Assembly: GCF_009914755.1 (NCBI RefSeq)
Contig: NC_060934.1
DNA length: 64,000 nt
DNA from: the human T2T-CHM13v2.0 reference genome, Homo sapiens
Strand: one strand, 5' to 3'
Below the pieces are notes generated by a model. It did no database searches. It was not told where the DNA came from and worked only from the letters and a program-made list of their open reading frames with translations. The translations under genes were made by a program, and so were the position numbers. Below are positions 57,875 through 64,000 of this stretch, piece by piece (positions within the stretch are counted from its first letter, which is position 1; every line of letters begins with the position of its first letter).

Positions 57875-57940
57875 TATAAGAACTCTTGCAGTCTTAGATG
57901 TTATAAAAATATATATCTGAATTGTAAGAGTTGTTAGCAC
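57875..57940 (+). ncRNA. MIR4680: pre-miRNA hairpin mir-4680
   Basis: Arms 57881-57901 and 57913-57932 pair over ~20 bp (G-U pairs, one bulge); sequence matches recalled hsa-mir-4680. Confidence 0.8.
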
Positions 57941-58113
57941 AAGTTTTTTTTTTTTTTTTTTTAAGCACTTGTTTTGGGTACAAGGCATTTCTGACATTTT
58001 ATAAACCTACATTTAAGGGGAATTTTTAAAGGAAATGTTTTTTCTTTTTTTTTTGTTTTTCGAGGGGGCAAGGAGGGACAGAAAAGTAACCTCTTCTTAA
58101 GTGGAATATTCTA

Positions 58114-58121
58114 ATAAGCTA
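58114..58121 (+). promoter_or_regulatory. miR-21-5p 8mer target site
   Basis: ATAAGCTA = complement of seed AGCUUAU plus A1; the established miR-21/PDCD4 site ~240 nt after the stop. Confidence 0.9.
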
Positions 58122-58131
58122 CCTTTTGTAA

Positions 58132-58138
58132 GTGCCAT
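58132..58138 (+). promoter_or_regulatory. miR-183-5p 7mer-m8 site
   Basis: GTGCCAT complements seed AUGGCAC. Confidence 0.6.
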
Positions 58139-58502
58139 GTTTATTATCTAATCATTCCAAGTTTTGCATTGATGTCTGACTGCCACTCCTTTCTTTCAAG
58201 GACAGTGTTTTTTGTAGTAAAATCACTGGTTTATACAAAGCTTTATTTAGGGGGTAAAGTTAAGCTGCTAAAACCCCATGTTGGCTGCTGCTGTTGAGAT
58301 ACTGTGCTTTGGGAGTAAAAAAAGAAAGTTATTTCTTTGTCTTAAAGAATTTTTAAAAAATTAGTCATGAGACTTATTCATCTTTCCAGGGAACATACTG
58401 ATTGGTCTTAAAAGACTAGACAGTTAAGTAAAAGGTGGCTGGAACATCTATTTTTCTACAAAACTGGAAAAATGAACCTGGTTCTAGAAGAATGTACACC
58501 AA

Positions 58503-58508
58503 AATAAA
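58503..58508 (+). terminator. PDCD4 proximal polyadenylation signal
   Basis: AATAAA with upstream TGTA (58493-58496) and downstream T-rich sequence. Confidence 0.65.
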
Positions 58509-58530
58509 ACATGTGAAGCAGTATTGATTC

Positions 58531-58536
58531 TTTATT
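58531..58536 (-). terminator. Minus-strand polyadenylation signal, probable BBIP1 distal 3' end
   Basis: TTTATT on + (AATAAA on -), with minus-strand TGTA upstream (TACA 58542-58545). Confidence 0.6.
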
Positions 58537-59262
58537 GGGAGTACATTTTTTTAGGTCTCTTAAACTTTAATTTCACACAGTAAATTTTGAATCTCATAAG
58601 GAAGCATATTTGAACCTAGTCAATTTAATCTTAGTGTTCCCTTGAAAACTTTTTTTCCCTACAAAATTTTAAGTGAAAAATACAATAGTAAATTAAGATT
58701 ACACTGGGGAAAAAAATGCAGGTATCACTTTACTCCATTGTTATCTGACCTAGAGCTTAATTAAGTTTTAGAAATATGTAATACCTTCCATCATTCCATC
58801 ATCCTTAAATTCTGTTACCAAATAATGGCTAATGTTACAAAAAGTTATACTCCAGAGACCCAAAGCTTGACATTTACCTAATGTATGAGAAAATATTACC
58901 AATTAACAATAAAGAATGATCATATTTTTAACCTCTTTTACATAGCCTAATAACTCAGCAAGGCCTCAACGTCTGTGCTAATTTAAACTGCCAAATATTG
59001 ACTGCAGCAAACAAGAATTATATTCAGAATTTATGAGGGTACTGTTAGGAGTATACTGCTTACAGGTTTAGATATAGTCTGTTAGAATTAAAACCAAGTT
59101 TAGTGTTCATATTTACCTCATGGGCTTTATCAAGCCCATATTACCTCAGCTTATATATAGTTACCATTTTTAGGTTTTTAATTGTTTGACACTTGGATGA
59201 TAAATGCAGTCATTTTATTCTCAAGTGCTTAAAATTAATGTAATTAAAAGCTTAGCTGACTA

Positions 59263-59634
<372 letters not shown>

Positions 59635-59764
59635 TCACACAAGATAGCATTAAACGTGACATGGCACATAAAATTGGTTAAAAAATTTTGTTTTTTAATT
59701 ACGTAATGTAAAAGCCCAACAAACACTTTATGCAAGATTGGAATGTATCTTCAAATTCAGATTT

Positions 59765-59770
59765 AATAAA
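59765..59770 (+). terminator. PDCD4 distal polyadenylation signal
   Basis: AATAAA with upstream TGTA motifs and downstream GT/T-rich sequence. Confidence 0.7.
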
Positions 59771-60039
59771 CATGTAAAGATCCTCTGTATATAAAAGTTG
59801 TATTTAATCCCTTGTGCCCAAGAATGCTATAAAAGATCCCAAGAATGTTATCTATAAAAGATAGCAATAGGAATGGTGAACAAATAATTTAATTTGCAAT
59901 TCTAAAAACATGACTTAAACCCCATAAAACTTGGTTCATAGTTTAACTGTTTATGTTCAATACAAACCAGAGTGTTTACATTCACAATACAAATTTCATC
60001 AATCTTGGATATTTTTGTATTTCTATGAATACTATCAAT

Positions 60040-60045
60040 TTTATT
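60040..60045 (-). terminator. Candidate BBIP1 proximal polyadenylation signal
   Basis: TTTATT on +, ~100 nt past the BBIP1 stop. Confidence 0.5.
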
Positions 60046-60142
60046 GATAACACATACTACTTTCAGCACACAGAAGCATATTTTCTAGTTATTGTTAAAT
60101 AGTAGATAAGGCAGGTTGTTCCCTAAAGTGCTCAGTTATCAT

Positions 60143-60309
60143 TCAGTGGGTTATTTGCCGTTGATCCTTTTCTGCCATTTCTTGTTGGCGAATTGTATTC
60201 TGTGCTGCTTGATGCATTTTCTCTAGTTTTTCCAGAGTCAGAGATTTTAAGGGTAAAAGTTTGGGTTTACACAGCACCATTGTCATTATATCTTCCACAA
60301 ACAGTGGCC
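60143..60309 (-). CDS. BBIP1: BBSome-interacting protein 1 (BBIP10/BBS18), last coding exon
   Basis: Minus strand: acceptor aacttag|gg; [55 protein letters not shown]; 167 nt, phase matches the upstream exon. Confidence 0.93.
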
Positions 60310-60789
60310 CTAAGTTTAACAAGAAATAAGAATTAATTCAAGAAAGATAACCCAGTTGTTTGTAGTTGGATTTGCAGCTAGAATGAAGGTCTAAAAAATT
60401 AATCTCTTGTCACTGAAAAACTCTTGTACCTAAATTGAGTTTTGCTCTGGAACCAGAAAGATCATTGTCATTCTATAAGCGCATTTCTTACTAGTAGGGT
60501 GCTTCTGAGGAAGACAAGTTTTGAGCGTTCTACCCAAGAATCTATGCTACCATAAGACACAACTTTTTGTGTCAGAAGTTTAATCTTAAAATAAGATTTG
60601 GCAGAATATATATATACATAGTGCAAAAAAATATAGCAAAATATGATATTTAACGTAAATATTCAAATGACTGAAGGTTTAAACCTTCGGCTTTTCTTAC
60701 TGTTGCTTCAGGTTTCTCTTTCTCCACTTTCAGACCTTATTTAACATAGTAAATTCCATTATTTCTTTCACTGAAGTTTCATATTGAGT

Positions 60790-61075
60790 AGGGCATGGTA
60801 GCTCTTACCTGTTATCCCAGCACTTTGGGATGCCAAAGGGGTTGGATTGTTTGTTTGAGCCCAGGGGTTTGAGACCAGCCTAGGCAACACATTGAGATCC
60901 CTTCTCTACAAAAATAAGAACAAATTAGCCAGGCATGGTAGCACATGCCTGTAGTACTAGCAAATCAGTAGGCTAGGGCAGGAGCCCAGTAGTTCAAGGC
61001 TGCGGTGAGCTACGGTTGTGCCAGCTGTACCCAAGCCTGGGTGGCAGAGTGACAACCTGTCTCTTAAAAAAAATT
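60790..61075 (+). mobile_element. Alu (AluJ-like), diverged
   Basis: gggcatggtagctcttacctgttatcccagcactttggg...cctgggtggcagagtgacaacctgtctc. Confidence 0.85.
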
Positions 61076-61320
61076 CATATTGTAATTAGGAATTTTAGGA
61101 ATTAGCTAATTAATAGGCAATTTTAGGTATAAGAAACAATGTTTCATTTGTTATCCTTTTACTGGATGTCATGAAAAAGCATATAGTAAAAGACAGTAAA
61201 TGAGATAATACGGAACACAATAGCTGCAGATGTTTAGCTATTAAGCCTGCTATGTGACACTGCCTATGACTTCTTTAGTCCTGTAATAATCAATGACCTC
61301 AATATTTGTGATGTACATAC

Positions 61321-61395
61321 CTTGCTTTGGAAGAACTTCCCGGAACATTGACTTCACTTCTGCCATATCTGAGTTGTTGGATATAGTGTTTTTTC
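61321..61395 (-). CDS. BBIP1: BBIP1 penultimate coding exon (5' exons lie beyond the window)
   Basis: Minus strand: ttgaag|GA AAA AAC ... AAG CAA G|gtatgt; [24 protein letters not shown]; 75 nt. Confidence 0.92.
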
Positions 61396-63405
61396 CTTCA
61401 ATGAGAAATCAGTATTATTCAAGAATACATTCCCAAAGCAGACTGCCTGAGACATTTCCATTGTAGTTTAAGAAGTAAAATCCAAATTCCTATAGAAAGT
61501 GAACTACCCTAACCTTGTATAATATTGCCATTAATTTCCTGTGACCTTGGGATAGTTTGTATAAGCATTTAGATCTTGTCAACTTCCATTAGTCAGTTGT
61601 GGTGTTAACTACAAGGCTAGGTGTTGTAATTTTTTTTCTCTCATAGTGAAAACTTGGTAGAGCTTCAGTTTTTAAGGCAAAGATGATTAATATCATCTGA
61701 GGAAAAGGTATTTGTGTGTAGCCAGCGTGGTTCGTTGATAGCATCTCCCCTGAATGGTGGGTGACAAAAAACATGACCACCATTTGATGGGGGTGGTGAG
61801 GCAGGTAGTTAGGAAAAGTAGGAACTGGCAGGCTAACATTTCCTAAGATTCCTACTTGTCTCAACGGCCAACAGCTGGTTTCTACTTTGTGTCTAACAAA
61901 AAGAATCCTATGGATGACTGACTACACAGCTGCAATTGGTAACGAAGTAATACAATAGGTGAAATTGGCTCTTGCAGAACAGAAATAGAGTTTCAGTTTA
62001 CTATTTTCCTCTAATACCGAGATTCTATATGCGAAAGGACCAACAATATTTAACTATTTGTTATGAACATCCCAGCATATATGCCATTTTTGCCAGTGAC
62101 ATTTGCTCCAAGTATTACAGTCAAGATTCTGCTATGCTGTGTGTTCAAGGTGTTCTGGACTAAGCTGTAGAATGATCCCTTTCCAAACACAGATGCTTTT
62201 CTAGACGGTCCCACCCACTCAGTGATTCACCTTGCTGATGCAACCTTACCATGCATCTTTCACAACATCACCCCCACAGATTTATTATTTATAAAGTGGT
62301 GAATCTGGCTTGGTGCCTGCCTTTACCAACCACTGCAAATTAATTATAATCAAGTGAAGCTTCTTCTGGTTTTTGTTATTCCCGCTCCACTACTTTGACA
62401 TTCCTAATAAAAGCTTCCTACTCTGTATTCAAGTCTCTTCCTCTCTCTTGCTCAGATTCTTACTCTGGAACGTCTAAGTTCCTGAAAACCTCTATCTGCT
62501 TTCCAGAACTTTGTCATCAAACTTCACCCCTATACTGCTCTAGCAGGGAGAGATGATGAAATAAGTAATGGACCAGGAATAAAGCAACTCATCACTAAAT
62601 GGAATGTGAAATAAATACAATACACAATTTCCTTAGACTGCACAGCTTCTCCTACCATATTCTTTTCTTTTTAGGCCTGCCAGTGGTACCTAGTGATCAC
62701 TGCCTTTTTTTTTTTTTCCAGGTTAGGATGAAGGTTACTAGCATTGCAGACCCCCTGATTAGCCTTGAATTGAACTATCAAAACCACCACCTAGCCTCTC
62801 CATTAAATACATCACAGTGAAAATATTCATTATGATCACATTTCTTTATTTGAAGCAAACCTGACATGATACGCCACTGAAAGGGAGGACATTATAGATG
62901 TTGATAAATGTGAAGGAAATACATAGGAGCTAAGGATTTTTATATGTATCACCAAAATGCTAAAGTGGTAGATAAACAACTCTTAGCTGTTATATAGTGT
63001 AAGCAACTCCAGCTACTCTGAACTGTCACTATCCTTTGTTTTCTCTTAGTCTGATAACTCTTTCACATCCAAAATCTGGCCTGACAAAAACAATGAAACT
63101 TGGTGCTCTACCAAACCTCAGTTCTCTGTTTGACTAAGCTGCCATTGTTACTGTAAAGGGTGTGGAGCCAAAGGGATGGTAGGGAGTGGGCTGCACCTAG
63201 TGTGGGGGAGATCAGTGCCAGTCACTTGCCTGGATAGAATGTCTGTTTTAATAGGGTTGGTTCTTGTTTCTAGGCCCCCTTAGGCATTGGCAAGAAAGAA
63301 ACAGGAAGGGAAGGGCTAAAATAAGCAAGGTTGGATGGCCAGCACTGGCTGGGCTACACTTTGTTGATAATCAGCTGCCCTGGGAGTCCAGAGTAGGAAG
63401 GAGTA

Positions 63406-63815
63406 CAGTCATGTGTTTCTTAATGATGGGATATGTTCTGAGAAATGCATCATTAGGTGGTTCTGTCATGGTGCAAACATCCTAAGAGTGTACTAACACA
63501 AACCTAGATGGTATAGCCTCTTACACAAACCTAGATGGTATAGCCTAATATAAACCTAGGCTATATGGTAGAGTGTACTGGGCCTAGGCTATAAACTTGT
63601 ACATGTTACTGTACTGAATACAGTAGACAACTGTAACACAATGGTATTTGTGTATCTTAACATAGACAAAGTAAAGTGTTCTGCCACAATATCATGAGCA
63701 TTACAACGGGGTATGACATCATTAGGCAATAGGAATTTTTCAGCTTCATTATAATCTTATAGAACCACTGTTGTATATGCAGCCTACTGCTGATCACGTT
63801 GGTATACAGACAGTA
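63406..63815 (-). mobile_element. Tigger3-type MITE (opposite orientation to the 52369 copy)
   Basis: ta|cagtcatgtgtttcttaatgatgggatatgttctgagaaatg...ggaatttttcagcttcattataatcttat. Confidence 0.7.
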
Positions 63816-64000
63816 TTTCCTTCTCCCACACGGCCTGCTAATAGCCAGACATGGGTGATTTGCTTAGAGTAATGCACTGTAAGCAGTTGTGGCTACTTTT
63901 AAGAGAACTTTCTTGTCAGGTGAGATGTATTTAAACCAGGGACAGATGGGCCAAGGGAGAAACATAACAGCTATGGCTGAAATTCATGTGTATTCTACAA

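Overview
Human (primate) genomic DNA, recognisable as the PDCD4 locus (10q25, downstream of RBM20). Positions ~1-28,600 are intergenic and repeat-rich: Alus, MIR, hAT/Tigger MITEs, old L1s and one young 5'-truncated L1PA2-like insertion. A CpG-island promoter at ~31.4-32.5 kb drives PDCD4 on the + strand. I assembled a non-coding exon 1 and 11 coding exons with GT-AG boundaries, totalling 1410 nt (469 aa + stop). The same promoter probably drives the antisense lncRNA PDCD4-AS1. The PDCD4 3'UTR carries the MIR4680 hairpin, the miR-21 8mer site and a sense Alu. It overlaps tail-to-tail with the last two coding exons and 3'UTR of BBIP1 (- strand; its 5' end lies beyond the window). No new protein-coding gene is supported. 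The most interesting sequence-level observations are: (i) a quasi-palindromic bidirectional poly(A) cassette at 58483-58555, in which the PDCD4 proximal AATAAA and a minus-strand AATAAA form the arms of one hairpin; (ii) an 84-nt frame-preserving cassette exon built as a ladder of stops and ATGs; (iii) a miRNA hairpin starting 2 nt after the stop codon; and (iv) an L1 5' junction with filler apparently templated from the L1 itself, creating an in-frame ATG. Gene and repeat identities come from recall of known sequences, not database searches.
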